Assembly (NCBI GenBank): GCA_950097015.1
Contig: CATNEN010000014.1
Span: 2,294,001 to 2,358,000, forward strand
DNA from: Macrostomum hystrix
Lineage: Eukaryota > Animalia > Platyhelminthes
Direction of reading: 5' to 3'
DNA length: 64,000 nucleotides
The number at the start of each line of letters is the position of its first letter. Position 1 is the first letter of the stretch. Of this stretch, positions 45,361-57,304 are shown one piece after another. A program made the translations under genes and the position numbers. The notes under the pieces were generated by a model, which saw only the letters and a program-made list of their open reading frames with translations, was not told where the DNA came from and did no database searches.

Positions 45361-46274
45361 TTATTTTTTCTTGTATTCTATTATTTTCTATTCTATCCTC
45401 GTCTGTTCCATTAGATACTGGTGGGTGTACAGCATTTTACTTTGATGCACTTTACAATTTTTTAAGCAATCTCGTGCAGCCTCTTATTATCTTTCGTGCA
45501 GTCTTTCATAAATCAGTGATGAAATATTTCATAGAATTAATATTTTAATTGTTAATAGGAAAGAACAAAAACAAAGCAGTTCAGCGGCAGCAGATAAAAG
45601 GGGTGACTGTTCGTGAAATCGAAAGTTTCTTTGCCGTTTTTTTATTTTTTTTTAAGACGAATCTTATCTAAGAACTGATTGGCCATTTCTTAGAAATGAT
45701 CGGCCATTTCTAAGAAATTATCGACCATTTCTAATCAAAAGCTTGATTTCTAAAGTGTACATTACAAACTAATGACCACTAGCTGCTAGTGTTAGAAGAA
45801 CAATTTTCTAATGTACAAAAATTATTTATCAAAGCGAGAACTCGAAGGCTGAACAGATAAACATTAAAAAAGGGAGAGATTTTGGGTAGAAAATGAAGGA
45901 CAGATGGGAGAGAGTTTAGGAGTGATGTAATAAATAAAGAGATACAACGAAGCAAACGCATAACAATTGGGGTTAATAAACTCTTTCTAACCCATAGGCA
46001 ATCTAGAACCAGACACCTCATGACATTTTCTATGGAGATTAGGAAGAAGGTATTAGAAAAGTATTTTTATTAACTAGCAGTCAGCAGTCAGCGCGGATGG
46101 AAAATCGGAAAATCAGAAAAGTGGCATTTCCGCCAACCAATTGACCTAGAGCCATGAAGCTTTGAATTCAGAATCTGGCAATAGACAAATCCCCTCCAAA
46201 CACATAGTTTTCCCGGTCAGTTACGATCTTGTTAGGGACAGTGGGCAAATTCACTGTGCAGGATAAGACGGGTA

Positions 46275-46727
46275 GAGATGAGATAGGGGAGAGATGAGAC
46301 AAAGGAGAGATTAGACAGGGGAGAGATGAGACAAAGGAGAGATTAGACAGGGGAGAGATGAGACAGGGGAGAGATGAGACAAAGGAGAGATTAGACAGGG
46401 GAGAGATGAGACAAAGGAGAGATTAGACAGGGGAGAGATGAGACAAAGGAGAGATGAGACAGAGGAGAGATGAGACAAAGGAGAGATTAGACAGGGGAGA
46501 GATGAGACAAAGGACAGATTAGACAGGGGAGAGATGAGACAGGGGAGAGATGAGACAAAGGAGAGATTAGACAGGGGAGAGATGAGACAAAGGAGAGATT
46601 AGACAGGGAGAAAGGAGACAAAGGAGAGATTAGACAGGGAGAAAGGAGACAAAGGAGAGATTAGACAGGGAGAAAGGAGACAAAGGAGAGATTAGACAGG
46701 GAGAAAGGAGACAAAGGAGAGATGAGA
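46275..46727. repeat. AG-rich ~17-bp minisatellite (GAGATKAGACARRGGA)
   Basis: Directly visible. Confidence 0.9.
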
Positions 46728-46963
46728 AAATGGATGTGGTTAAATTTGTAGAGACAGAAGATTCTGAATCCTTGCGGGTTGTGCCAGTTTCACGGCTCTG
46801 AGCTCTCCGACCCCAGTTTCAAATATTTCAGGCAGGGAAGCCTCCTAAGTGTTGGAGACGAGGTTTTTCTGGGGATTTGTCTTCTCAGACTCCATATTCA
46901 GAGCTCTGTTGCTCTAAGCCTTCTCTCCGCGGCTGTGCCACCGTGGAGCAGTCCTGCAGCCAG

Positions 46964-47175
46964 TCACAGCGCGCTGTTGAAGCACTCGGGCGTCAGCTTC
47001 TCGCAGTTTGGCGCTGTCAGCAGGACGGAAGCCCAAAAGGTGATGACGAAGAGCGTCCACCAGACTGGGAGTACAATCATGGCTAGCAGGCTGCAGCCGC
47101 TGCGCTGACGACCGAGGTTCGAGTCCCGGAGCTGACGCCGACGCTGCCGCAGACGCCGACGTTCGGAGGTCAGCC

Positions 47176-47215
<40 letters not shown>

Positions 47216-47341
47216 AAGAAGATACGGTGGATGCGTCAAAGTTGGCGGCAGCTCCGCCAGGCCGAAGAGGTCCAGGTTTTCCGAGGACTCTGTGATGGCT
47301 GTACACTTTGACGACCGGGGATCTTTCTGGAAAACCATCGC
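46964..47341 (-). CDS. Divergent Cys-loop ligand-gated ion channel subunit, last exon (poly-Q M3-M4 loop, M4)
   Basis: Acceptor TTGACAG; M4-like SLLAMIVLPVWWTLFVITFWASVL; stop at 46964. Confidence 0.8.
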
Positions 47342-47527
47342 CTGTCAATTTTGATGGACATTGTTGTTTTGGAAGATGCTGTGAAGCTGAATAGTAAACA
47401 TAGTCCCACATTAAATATGGGACTATGGGACTTCCTGGTTCATGGGACCGAACAGCTATACAATCACATTTGAGTCGCTTTTGAGTCCGCTCACCCCGTT
47501 GTAGCTGTGCTTTATGGATCTCGGCAC

Positions 47528-47883
47528 CTGCGGCAGATCTTCAGCATTGACGGCGGCCTCCTCATCGGCCTCCTCCTCTCTAGTGTCTTCGCTTGCGAAT
47601 CTCCTGGCCAGTGCCGCCAGCAGGCAGCAGCAGATGACAAAAGTGCACATGGCGTTCCAGATGTCTATGGCATTCAGGTGCTGCCCTGCTGGCGACCAGT
47701 TAAATATGAGGATATGCAGCAGGGCCAGGTTGATAAACAGTCTGGTGGTGCGGTCGAAGAAGTACACGGTTGTCAGGGACAACAGCACCATGATGAACGA
47801 CAGGCCGTACTGTCGCACAGCTGGCAGCATCTCCTCCAGGCTGCTGCGGATGCAGATCCGGGTCCAGAACTGGAACTTGCGGC
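47528..47883 (-). CDS. Cys-loop LGIC, exon encoding M1-M3
   Basis: Acceptor CCCGCAG; SPAGQHLNAIDIWNAMCTFV aligns with the GlyR/GluCl motif LPKVSYVKAIDIWMAVC; donor CAG|GTGCC. Confidence 0.85.
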
Positions 47884-47924
47884 CTGCGGGCAGTGAGAAA
47901 AGTGGACGCTGAGTCACTGCCTAC

Positions 47925-48339
47925 CAAACACCTGGGCTCTAGCTACCCAACACCTGGGCTCTAGCTACCCAACACCTGAGCTCTAGCTACCCAACACCTG
48001 GGCTCTAGCTACCCAACACCTGAGCTCTAGCTACCCAACACCTGAGCTCTAGATACCCAACACCTGAGCTCTAGCTACCCAACACCTGAGCTCTAGCTAC
48101 CCAACACCTGAGCTCTAGATACCCAACACCTGAGCTCTAGCTACCCAACACCTGAGCTCTAGATACCCAACACCTGAGCTCTAGCTACCCAACACCTGAG
48201 CTCTAGCTACCCAACACCTGAGCTCTAGCTACCCAACACCTGAGCTCTAGCTACCCAACACCTGAGCTCTAGCTACCCAACACCTGAGCTCTAGATACCC
48301 AACACCTGAGCTCTAGCTACCCAACACCTGAGCTCTAGC
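47925..48339. repeat. 22-bp minisatellite (CTACCCAACACCTGAGCTCTAG), ~19 copies, in an LGIC intron
   Basis: Directly visible. Confidence 0.95.
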
Positions 48340-48438
48340 TTATGTCTAAAGCTACCTCAAACCTGATCTTTATCTGCTCAGTGCCTAGTAATCTTACTAT
48401 TATAAGTTTGTTTAATAGTTTTTGTATTGCACACTCAC

Positions 48439-48564
48439 CATTGTCAGAAAATGGTTTCGACAGGCGATAGACAAACGAGTGGCGCTGACTTTCAACCCGC
48501 GTGCAGTTCATTTGGTGCTGCCTGCCCAGTGTCATGTGAACTGAACGCTGGTTCTCAGGATTGG
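48439..48564 (-). CDS. Cys-loop LGIC, extracellular-domain exon
   Basis: Acceptor TTGTAG, donor G|GTGAGT, phase 1-1, open frame. Confidence 0.7.
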
Positions 48565-48864
48565 CTACAATGGGTCGAAATTGAATAGTTTAGCAGTAGA
48601 AATACCCCCCTATTCCCCATAAGGAAAGACTGCCTACTTCCCGATAACTAAAATTCAGTAACAATAATGGCCGACATGGTTACATGAAGTAGTTTTGTGA
48701 GAAGATAAATAAACTAGAAGATATTGCTGATTTTTGCCGACGAGAATCATTGAACATCTTGCAAAAATGTATACAGCAAAAAAATATTTTTATTTTACTA
48801 AATTCGAAAAAAAGATGCTTTCAATTTCAGCCCCTAAAGATCTGGGTCTAATCGATAAACTGAC

Positions 48865-48947
48865 CTTCTTCGAAGATCAGAACGCAGAGAATATCTCCGA
48901 ACGGATGCTGTATGGATGGGCCGTCGCATCTTACGTTCGCCCTGTGC
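48865..48947 (-). CDS. Cys-loop LGIC, Cys-loop exon
   Basis: HRANVR-C-DGPSIQHPFGDIL-C-VLIFEE gives exact C-x13-C spacing; acceptor CTGACAG, donor G|GTCAG. Confidence 0.85.
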
Positions 48948-49034
48948 CTGTCAGTTTGTGAGGCGGAATAAGTTTGGGAATTGTAGAATCTAACAAATTG
49001 TGTCATTGAGTCAAACATTAAACCACGAAACTGA

Positions 49035-49133
49035 GCCAAACAATACAACAAAGACCTCGATCATTAAGCCAAAAAATACAACAAAGACCTCGATCATTAA
49101 GCCAAACAATACAACAAAGACCTCGATCATTAA
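49035..49133. repeat. 33-bp repeat x3 in an LGIC intron
   Basis: GCCAAACAATACAACAAAGACCTCGATCATTAA. Confidence 0.85.
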
Positions 49134-49259
49134 CTTGTACGAGCAGTTCGTAGTTCGTACAATGCACTGATGGAGGTCTTTGTTGTATTGTTTGGTGTGA
49201 AAATATCATGCTTTGAACTGTGTTTTAAGCGTCTCAAAAAGGACTCAGTTGTCACTCAC

Positions 49260-49501
49260 CAAACCTTGAACACAACGGCCCTACTGCCGGCACCCAGACC
49301 GGAGAGGCGCAGGTACAGTGAGCTCTGATCCTCAGTCACAGACTGCGCATTCACAAACACGAACTGCGGTGTCCAGAGCTTCTCTCTGTTCAGCGGAATC
49401 GCCTCCATGGTGTCCACCAGCATGTCAAGAAATTTGTGACGCCAACGGAGATCCAGTGTGAAGGCAATGTCCAAGTGCTGCGAGATTCGGTTCACAGATT
49501 T
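49260..49501 (-). CDS. Cys-loop LGIC, loop D/A exon
   Basis: FTLDLRW and KLWTPQFVFVNA (family WxPxxxFxN motif); donor TG|GTGAGT joins in frame to the Cys-loop exon. Confidence 0.85.
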
Positions 49502-49635
49502 CTAACAAGTGAGATCTTTCATTAAAGCCTACGTGAAACTTATAAATGTCACGCGGAACGTAAGTTAATTTTGATGCCAAATGGGAATGTCAACTGACAA
49601 ACAGACAATGCGGAGAAATATTTCTCAATACGCAC

Positions 49636-49780
49636 GTGATTGGCCAATTTGAGGATGCTGCCAATGTTGAGCGATACGTTTAGCGCTCCGGTTCCGTCCC
49701 CGCCCGGTCCGATCTCCGGGACGTCCATGTTCATGTAGAGTGCCCTGATGTGCTCCTTGATCGACTCTGTGTTGGCGGCT
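49636..49780 (-). CDS. Cys-loop LGIC, N-terminal helix exon (5' boundary uncertain)
   Basis: SIKEHIRALYMNMDVP...ALNVSLNIGSILKL (NVS sequon); donor CAC|GTGCG. Confidence 0.65.
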
Positions 49781-49833
49781 CTAGGGATGCATTGTGGCGA
49801 GGTTGGCACTGTGACCATTATTATATTTCTTAC

Positions 49834-49898
49834 TTAATCAATAGATATACAAAGCCAGTTATTTTTGCTGTGACTGCGGCGAGCCAATTCAATGGCAT
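49834..49898 (-). CDS. Cys-loop LGIC, putative signal-peptide exon
   Basis: MPLNWLAAVTAKITGFVYLLI; donor AA|GTAAG; a 53-nt intron to CCCTAG keeps the frame. Not the only possible solution. Confidence 0.4.
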
Positions 49899-51808
49899 CG
49901 CTGACACATTGATGCGATTCAATCAGAAGATTGTTATGACCCTTATCAATCATGATCCCAGTACATCAGCAGCATCAGCTGATAATGATAAGCGTCTACA
50001 ACAAGCCTGTCACGCGGATAAGGCATCCAGCTGATGGATTGTAAATTCATCCATCCTAGTTCGCTTGCAATCTAGGGGAACATGCTGATTCGAGAAATCA
50101 ATTTCTACCAGCAAAGTGAGTTTTTCCTGAAAGTTTATTGCTTAGTGGAATTCGTCAAACTGATTTCGAACTAAGCATCAGCTTGCTAGTAAAAATTGAG
50201 GCCGACATTATCAAATGAACAAAAGTTGATCAAGTAGATTAGAAAAATCTTTTTTTGCAGCTATTGAAACATGTTTAGCTGTCAGAAAAATAAAATATAT
50301 TCGATTCAGTCAACAGAGAATGGTATGTAGTTTTTCTATTGTCTATGATCTGTGATTAGCTTATAGCCAATGGTACATGGTTCATGGTGTAGATAAGCTT
50401 GCAACTTACTTGGCATAGTCGGTCTGACCGCACACCATCTGTAGCAAGGTAGCCAATGCTATCGCGAGGTACATTGGCCACGATATTGCCATTGCTTTTG
50501 AGCAGGTTTTAAAGTGGAACTATACGCATTAACTATGCGGAAATTCTGCTGAACTGTGAACTGCGCTGGTTCACATACCAGCTGGATAACATATGCGAAT
50601 TCGTTGCTTCCCATTGGCCAGCAGCTCGGTCGGGTGAGGGAGCTTCGGATCGCAGGCTAACCACTGTGCAGCAGCTTAGGCGTGGATCTTGCATGCTCTC
50701 AGTCTGCAAGGCATCAGGTATTCACAATTGATGTGTTCAATTTGATTGACAGTTCAGGCCAGCGGAGCTCTTTGTTTGCTAAACTGTATCTTGATTGGCA
50801 TCGTTCGATAGGACAAAGACGCGGATAAGGATGCCAAGGATGTCACGACACACTTAACTCACGGGGTGAAAAATCAACTCAGCCACATTTATAACACAAT
50901 TTAAGATACATTTCTTCCGGATTAAATTCCATATTCCACACTGTCCCATATTGATCTAGCCTGCCACAGACTGGCCTGCGAAAATACTAAAAGCCGAAAT
51001 TGGCCAGCAATTGGTAGCCATTTTCCCAGTTCTTGCAAGATTCTCCGGTCCCCAGAGAGACAGTTATTCGCAGACAGAACGTGGGATATTTAACACAAGG
51101 TAGTCTAGAATGTGATCAATGAAGCTGTGTCTCACTGCTAGATTTTCCTGCACAGAAAGATTATAGTCTTTTGCAACTCCTTATCTGCACCTCCTGCCCT
51201 CTGAGAAACAGGCTGGCCCAGGTGCCCCTGTCAATCCGCGAGGTGAGGACCCGAAATGGAGGCTCTGGGTGGCACCTGGGATTCCATTATAACCTGGAGT
51301 TAATAGACGCCTACAAAGCTGTCCCTCCACTAGAACATTTCAGTTTGGGGATCTGCCTAGAAGATGGATGTGCTGCAATCCCACATAGCCCTGTGTTAGC
51401 CCAGAAAACTGCCAGCACATTTCATGGAATTTGTCTCCCTCACTTACTGGAGAGATCTGCAGTCAGGCATTCGACATAGGCAAATCCACTAGGAATATGA
51501 GGCTGCTGCTGCTGCTGCCTGCAGGTTGGGGTCTGAGGCTGCTGCATGGGAATCAGGTGACCGTCCAACAGTTTTTCCTGACAAATTTTCTCACCGAGCC
51601 TTGAATTCTTGCACTGGTGGGGGATTATCCTAAATTCATGCTGCCTGGGGTTTTTAGTGTCACGCACGAAAACGATGCATTCAGAGTTTGCCGCGCAGAC
51701 ATTGTGGGCCACGAGCCATCTGTCAATTCGTCATTAACTCTCACACCGGTGTCCTGCCGTTCGGACTCCGGTGGAAGGACCAAGAAACTGGCTCTTCTAG
51801 TAGAGATG

Positions 51809-52172
<364 letters not shown>

Positions 52173-53344
52173 CAGAGGATGGAGAGAAAGAAATATCGAG
52201 AGACATTTATTAACGTTTTTACTGCACTCTTCCTATGCTACTAGTTAGTAGAGCTGGTTGATCTTTATCACTCTGATAAAAATTATATTGCTTTATTAGC
52301 AAATCAAGAACTAATGCAATTTCGCAACGGATTTGAAATCATTTGATAAACTAACTGGCCTGGAGTGAAAGCTAGAAGTCACTTCCAAACTCATGCACAT
52401 CACGAACAGCCGAGACCAAATGACACGATCTCATGGTTCTAGTCATGGGATGACCGAGTCTCCGGCCTCAGGTCCGTGATGCGATACTTTTCATTCGAAT
52501 ATCGAGTTTCCATTTTTAGTTGTGACAGTCCATTCTGAAGGCCCCTTCGCAATAAAAAACTAGGAAGACAGGAATTTCCTTTCTTCTAGACAGAATATCT
52601 GTTTTAATTGAGATTGACATCAGGTCCAGGAAGAAGTGTTTTCACATTTCAAGAATGAAATTTAATCTAGTCTGATCTCTCAATTCCGTGAAAAGGGGCG
52701 CGAAAATATGTAATACAGGAACGATGGACAGATAAGAATAAAAGTACAACGTACAAAGGCAGAACTTTTTTTTGAAAAAAGTAGAGAATCGATACGATCT
52801 TCCGCGAATCGCTGATTGGTCAGCGCGAGAAGTTTAGTGTGGTGTGAGGTTGCATAAACCCACCCCACCTCCCTGGCCGACCAATCAGCGATCGCTCACT
52901 GCGGCCAATATAATTTTCCTTCAGCATTTATTCCTTACATTTCAGGCCTCTATTCTGATCTTCTTTGTCGTAGCGGTTGAAAATGAAACCTGATTCTGAA
53001 TCAGCCTATAAGCCGACTTATTTTTAGCACAACAAACAAGAGATTAGTCCTCAAACTCTGTCTGCGTGTCAATCCCTGAAATGTCATCGCAGTTCAAGCA
53101 TTGAAACATGAGACACGTGCAGGCACAGTGGCCAGTGTCATTTGACTGCTGATTCTGTTATCTTTTTGATTGACAATTGACATATCGATGAGATGTGCTT
53201 AGCAGTTTTGTTGTCTGGAACAGATAAAGATCTCTTTGGAGCAATTCCCAATGCGCCTAGTTTGTGGCTAAAAATATCTTGTCACTATTTATAGCGCGTA
53301 AACGAATACTGGAAATTGCTGATGGATATTTACATGCCGCTTCC

Positions 53345-53655
53345 AAAGGACAGCTGTTCAGTCCGTGGACTGGGCGAGGCACCTGTCTTAGCTAATGTCA
53401 GAAAGCTACACACGCACACAGAGACTGTACGCAGGCACACTGTCACACAGGTGTGTAACATCTGATCTGACTCTCTCATCGCCAGGCAGTGTACACTTTC
53501 ACTGTGCCTTGAAGGATGGCCCTCAAGGGCGTAAATTGCACGACAAGCCCCCAAGCCTTCTCTCCGCGGCTGCGCCCCAAATGAATGTGGCCTCGCCGCG
53601 GAATCGAGCTCAGGGACCTTGGTGCGAGAGCCAAACCGCTCTGCCACTCACCCCA
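53345..53655 (-). mobile_element. SINE family A, full-length reverse copy followed by a B-type tail motif
   Basis: Reverse strand: TGGCAGAGCGG...GCTCGATTCCGCGGCGAGGCCA...body...CCCAGTCCACGGACTGAACAGCTG. Confidence 0.85.
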
Positions 53656-53892
53656 TTGTCTAGAGCCTTTGTGTTCGTTGTCTATGGTGAAAACTGTCCG
53701 CAAACTCTAAAAGCAACTTTATCGAAAAAAGTCAGTGGCTTTAAAGAAACAAAAAATTAAATTCACCAGTTAAATGTCCCCTGACTCTTTAGTGGCTGAA
53801 TCTTTGTGGTTGAAAAGGACTCAAGAACTCCAGAGCTTCAGCACAAGTAGCAAAAACACTAATTAGCAAAGGTTGTGCAGTATCAACAGCTG

Positions 53893-53893
53893 T

Positions 53894-53936
<43 letters not shown>

Positions 53937-53939
53937 GCA
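53893..53939. repeat. (CAG)n microsatellite
   Basis: Directly visible. Confidence 0.95.
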
Positions 53940-54159
53940 GTCATAAACAAGCTTGCATGACTGAACTCAAAGGTCTCACCAGGCCAAGCCGCATTCGGTG
54001 AGTTAATTAAGCTCGATTTCTATACCCAGAACTGGCTCAACGTTAACGAAGGCCCAGCATTATCGATCGAATTTGAGGAAAAGTTCCACGTTGCCTTCCC
54101 TGGATCATAAATCATAGAAATGCAGCAGTCCACTTCTATCTGCTACTGAAAATACGAAT

Positions 54160-54417
54160 AGACTGTGGGATAGAGGCAGATATAGACTGTGGGATAGAGG
54201 CAGATATAGACTGTGGGATAGAGGCATATATAGACTATGGGATAGAGGCAGATATAGACTGTGGGATAGAGGCGGATATAGACTATGGGATAGAGGCAGA
54301 TATAGACACTGGGATAGAGGCGGATATAGACTATTGGATAGAGGCAGATATAGACACTGGGATAGAGGCGGATATAGACACTGGGATAGAGGCGGATATA
54401 GACTATGGGATAGAGGC
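54160..54417. repeat. 24-bp minisatellite (GACTRTGGGATAGAGGCRGATATA), ~11 copies
   Basis: Directly visible. Confidence 0.93.
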
Positions 54418-54949
54418 GAATCGACAGTAAATCTCTAAGCAGGTCAGTTAATGGCTCGTTCGCGTATAGCAGTGGCTTTGAAATTTCCCTCAGAGCTGCA
54501 ATTATCCACTCACTGTTCATTCTGAAGGCTTTTTTAGTTTCAAGAACGAACCCGCTACAGTAAAAGTGCACGCAGCCCTGCGGCCTGCATTAAAAAAACC
54601 TTTACCTAAATCATTACAAATCTTAAGCAAAAAGCATTTTTACACGCGTAAGTTCTGTGTAATTTTTACATAAGACGAAATATAAATTTACAATTTGCAA
54701 GGCGCTTAACAGCAACAGGAAAGTATTTTTGTCAGCTATGAAATACAAAAGGCTATCGAGAAGGCAGTAAATTATTATTAAGGTGCACAGTGTGAGACCC
54801 TCATAGCTGAGCTGTCTGAAGTATTCTCTGCTTGCATGGGCCCATTCCCATTGTTGCTAGTTTGATCGGAATGTTTGAACCACTCAAGAAATTTCGACCT
54901 CATGGAGTGTACAGATGGAATGTGATGCACTCTCTGATTCTCTCTTATC

Positions 54950-55277
54950 CTCTACCGTATCTACTCCCATCCTCTCCCGTGTCTACTCCCATCCTCTCCC
55001 GTGTCTACTCCCATCCTCTCCCGTGTCTACTCCCATCCTCTCCCGTGTCTACTCCCATCCTCTCCCGTGTCTACTCCCATCCTCTCCCGTGTCTACTCCC
55101 ATCCTCTCCCGTGTCTACTCCCATCCTCTCCCGTGTCTACTCCCATCCTCTCCCGTGTCTACTCCCATCCTCTCCCGTGTCTACTCCCATCCTCTCCCGT
55201 GTCTACTCCCATCCTCTCCCGTGTCTACTCCCATACTCTCCCGTGTCTACTCCCATCCTCTCCCGTGTCTACTCTCT
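54950..55277. repeat. 22-bp minisatellite (CCTCTCCCGTGTCTACTCCCAT), ~15 copies
   Basis: Directly visible. Confidence 0.95.
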
Positions 55278-55388
55278 CAGTATAGAGGTAAGTCGGCCCG
55301 AATCTCCTCATGATTCGAGTTCCTTTCACTCGGCAGTCGGGAAGGCATGAAAGACGCAGCTAATGCAGGTGCTGAATTAGTGCGCCAG

Positions 55389-56396
55389 TCAGCAGGTCTC
55401 CGACTCCAGACCGCTTCCTCGGCTGCCCACCTGCGGCTCCTTGGCATTCTCCCTGCGCTGCTTTTTACGCTTTTTCCGGCCATCTTTTCGTTTAGCAGGT
55501 CGCTCGTCTGACGCAAACGTCGAGGACGTCGCCGCTGCATCAATCGTCCGCGACCGTCGGAGCAGCTCCTCGGCGCTGATCTGCATCTGCTCCACCTCGG
55601 ACACCACACTCACCTCTGCCGCGGGGGCCGCCGCTGTCGGAGCTTCGCCCGAAGTCAAGCTGCCATCGGCCTCGATGATGAACACGGAGTCGTTGTCGCC
55701 GCTGGCCTCAGTTGACGGCCTTCGTGAAGTCTGCGTGTCGCCAGTGGGAGAAGTGTCGTCCGAATCGCTAAAGCGGACGTGATTCCTCTGGTGCTGATGG
55801 TGCTGATGCTTGTGCTGCGCAATGTCTCCCGAGCATCCAGACAGTGGCGACTCACTGCCGGCCGTGGACACCTTGAGCGAGGATTTTCGCGGGCGGGACA
55901 GATGCAGCCGCAGAATGGCCGCCTCGATGCTCTGGTCGAGCCGCTCCTCGGACCGGCTGCGCGTCACCATGATCCTCACCCGGCCGCCGCCGTTGCGGCT
56001 TCGATCACCGTCGCCGGCGATGCCGTTCTCGGCCAAGTCGCCGACTCGCACGGTTGACTTTCTTAGAAACAGTCTCCGCAGGCAGCAGCCGCCGTTGTCA
56101 TCGCCGCTGGTGTCTCCGAGACGCTGACGACTCCGGCACCGAGTGCTGATCAGCAAGCTCGCCGCAGTGCCGCACATCAGGCAGCCGGCGGTTGTCAGGG
56201 CGACGCCGACGCCGATCTCGGGCGTTGAACACCGCGAAGATCCGAGGACCCACAGAGAGGCGCCAGCAGCTGCGGCTAGCAGAGACGCGGCAAGCAGGGC
56301 TGCCAGGCAAGCATCTCGATTCCCTCGGCTGCTGACATTCTCGTCGGCTTCAGGACAGCAACAGCAGCAGCAGCTTGCCGATGCCGGCAACGACAT
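55389..56396 (-). CDS. Orphan protein (~335 aa): Cys cluster, two hydrophobic helices, long disordered tail
   Basis: Long non-repetitive GC-rich ORF; ATG at 56396 preceded by an acceptor-like TTGTCAG; MSLPASASCCCCCPE; TMs ACLAALLAASLLAAAAGASLWVLG and IGVGVALTTAGCLMCGTAASLLI. No family recognised. Confidence 0.55.
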   Translation of the reverse strand: MSLPASASCCCCCCPEADENVSSRGNRDACLAALLAASLLAAAAGASLWVLGSSRCSTPEIGVGVALTTAGCLMCGTAASLLISTRCRSRQRLGDTSGDDNGGCCLRRLFLRKSTVRVGDLAENGIAGDGDRSRNGGGRVRIMVTRSRSEERLDQSIEAAILRLHLSRPRKSSLKVSTAGSESPLSGCSGDIAQHKHQHHQHQRNHVRFSDSDDTSPTGDTQTSRRPSTEASGDNDSVFIIEADGSLTSGEAPTAAAPAAEVSVVSEVEQMQISAEELLRRSRTIDAAATSSTFASDERPAKRKDGRKKRKKQRRENAKEPQVGSRGSGLESETC

Positions 56397-57155
56397 GCAA
56401 TTTGGCTGACAAGCGGGCAGCCAGGCAGTTTTTGTGCTCAATAACTTAGTTCTGAGCTGGCAGAAGTATTCCACTGGGCCGTGCAGGAGATGGGAGGCAT
56501 TTATACGGATTCGCTGCACATGCAACGCCCCGTGTCTCTAGTTGTGCTGCCTCTCCGTCTGCCCGCATTCTGATTGGCCAGCAAGGCATTCTAATCAGTT
56601 GGAGGGGGGCGTGGCAGCTGAGCATGAGTGCGAGCCGCACAGCAACTCGAGGTCGCTCAATTTGGCCAGGGGACGCATCGGACTGATTTGGGGTGGGTGA
56701 CTGGTGGTCGCAATCCCCTCAGGGGAGGCTGTAGGGAGCCTTTGGGAAGAGGGGAGAGAGGAGGAAAGCTAAAAATATCCCAATCATGTGAGCTGGCACA
56801 GGAGAGACAGTAATAGATGCAAAAGTGAGTCTGAGTTGCTTCTGAGGCTGAGAAGCTGAGAATTGTTGTTGACCGTTTTTCAGCTCGGCTTTTCCTGGCT
56901 TTAATTGCTCTCAATGAGGCAGGAAAGTCCTGCTTGTGCCGCTTTGCCCAGGAAATCCGCTATTCAGAAACTGCCGCTTCCTTTTACTTCTTTTACTCGA
57001 TGCAACCAATGGGATTGTCGCTTGGCCGCTTGTGCACTAAATAATTGGGATATTGTTGGGGAAAACCCTGTGCCCTGAGTATCTCCGCCCCTTTTATTGC
57101 TCAATTTCTTAGATTTTTTTTCTAATTAATTGATAAACCCATCAAAGAACGTCTA

Positions 57156-57304
57156 TGTCTTAGCCATACACATGAAACCATCTGTGATTGGACACCCTGT
57201 CTTAGCCATAGACATGAAACCATCTGTGATTGGACACCCTGTCTTAGCCATACACATGAAACCATCTGTGATTGGACACCCTGTCTTAGCCATAGACATG
57301 AAAC
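57156..57304. repeat. 42-bp repeat, ~3.5 copies
   Basis: CTGTCTTAGCCATASACATGAAACCATCTGTGATTGGACACC. Confidence 0.9.
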
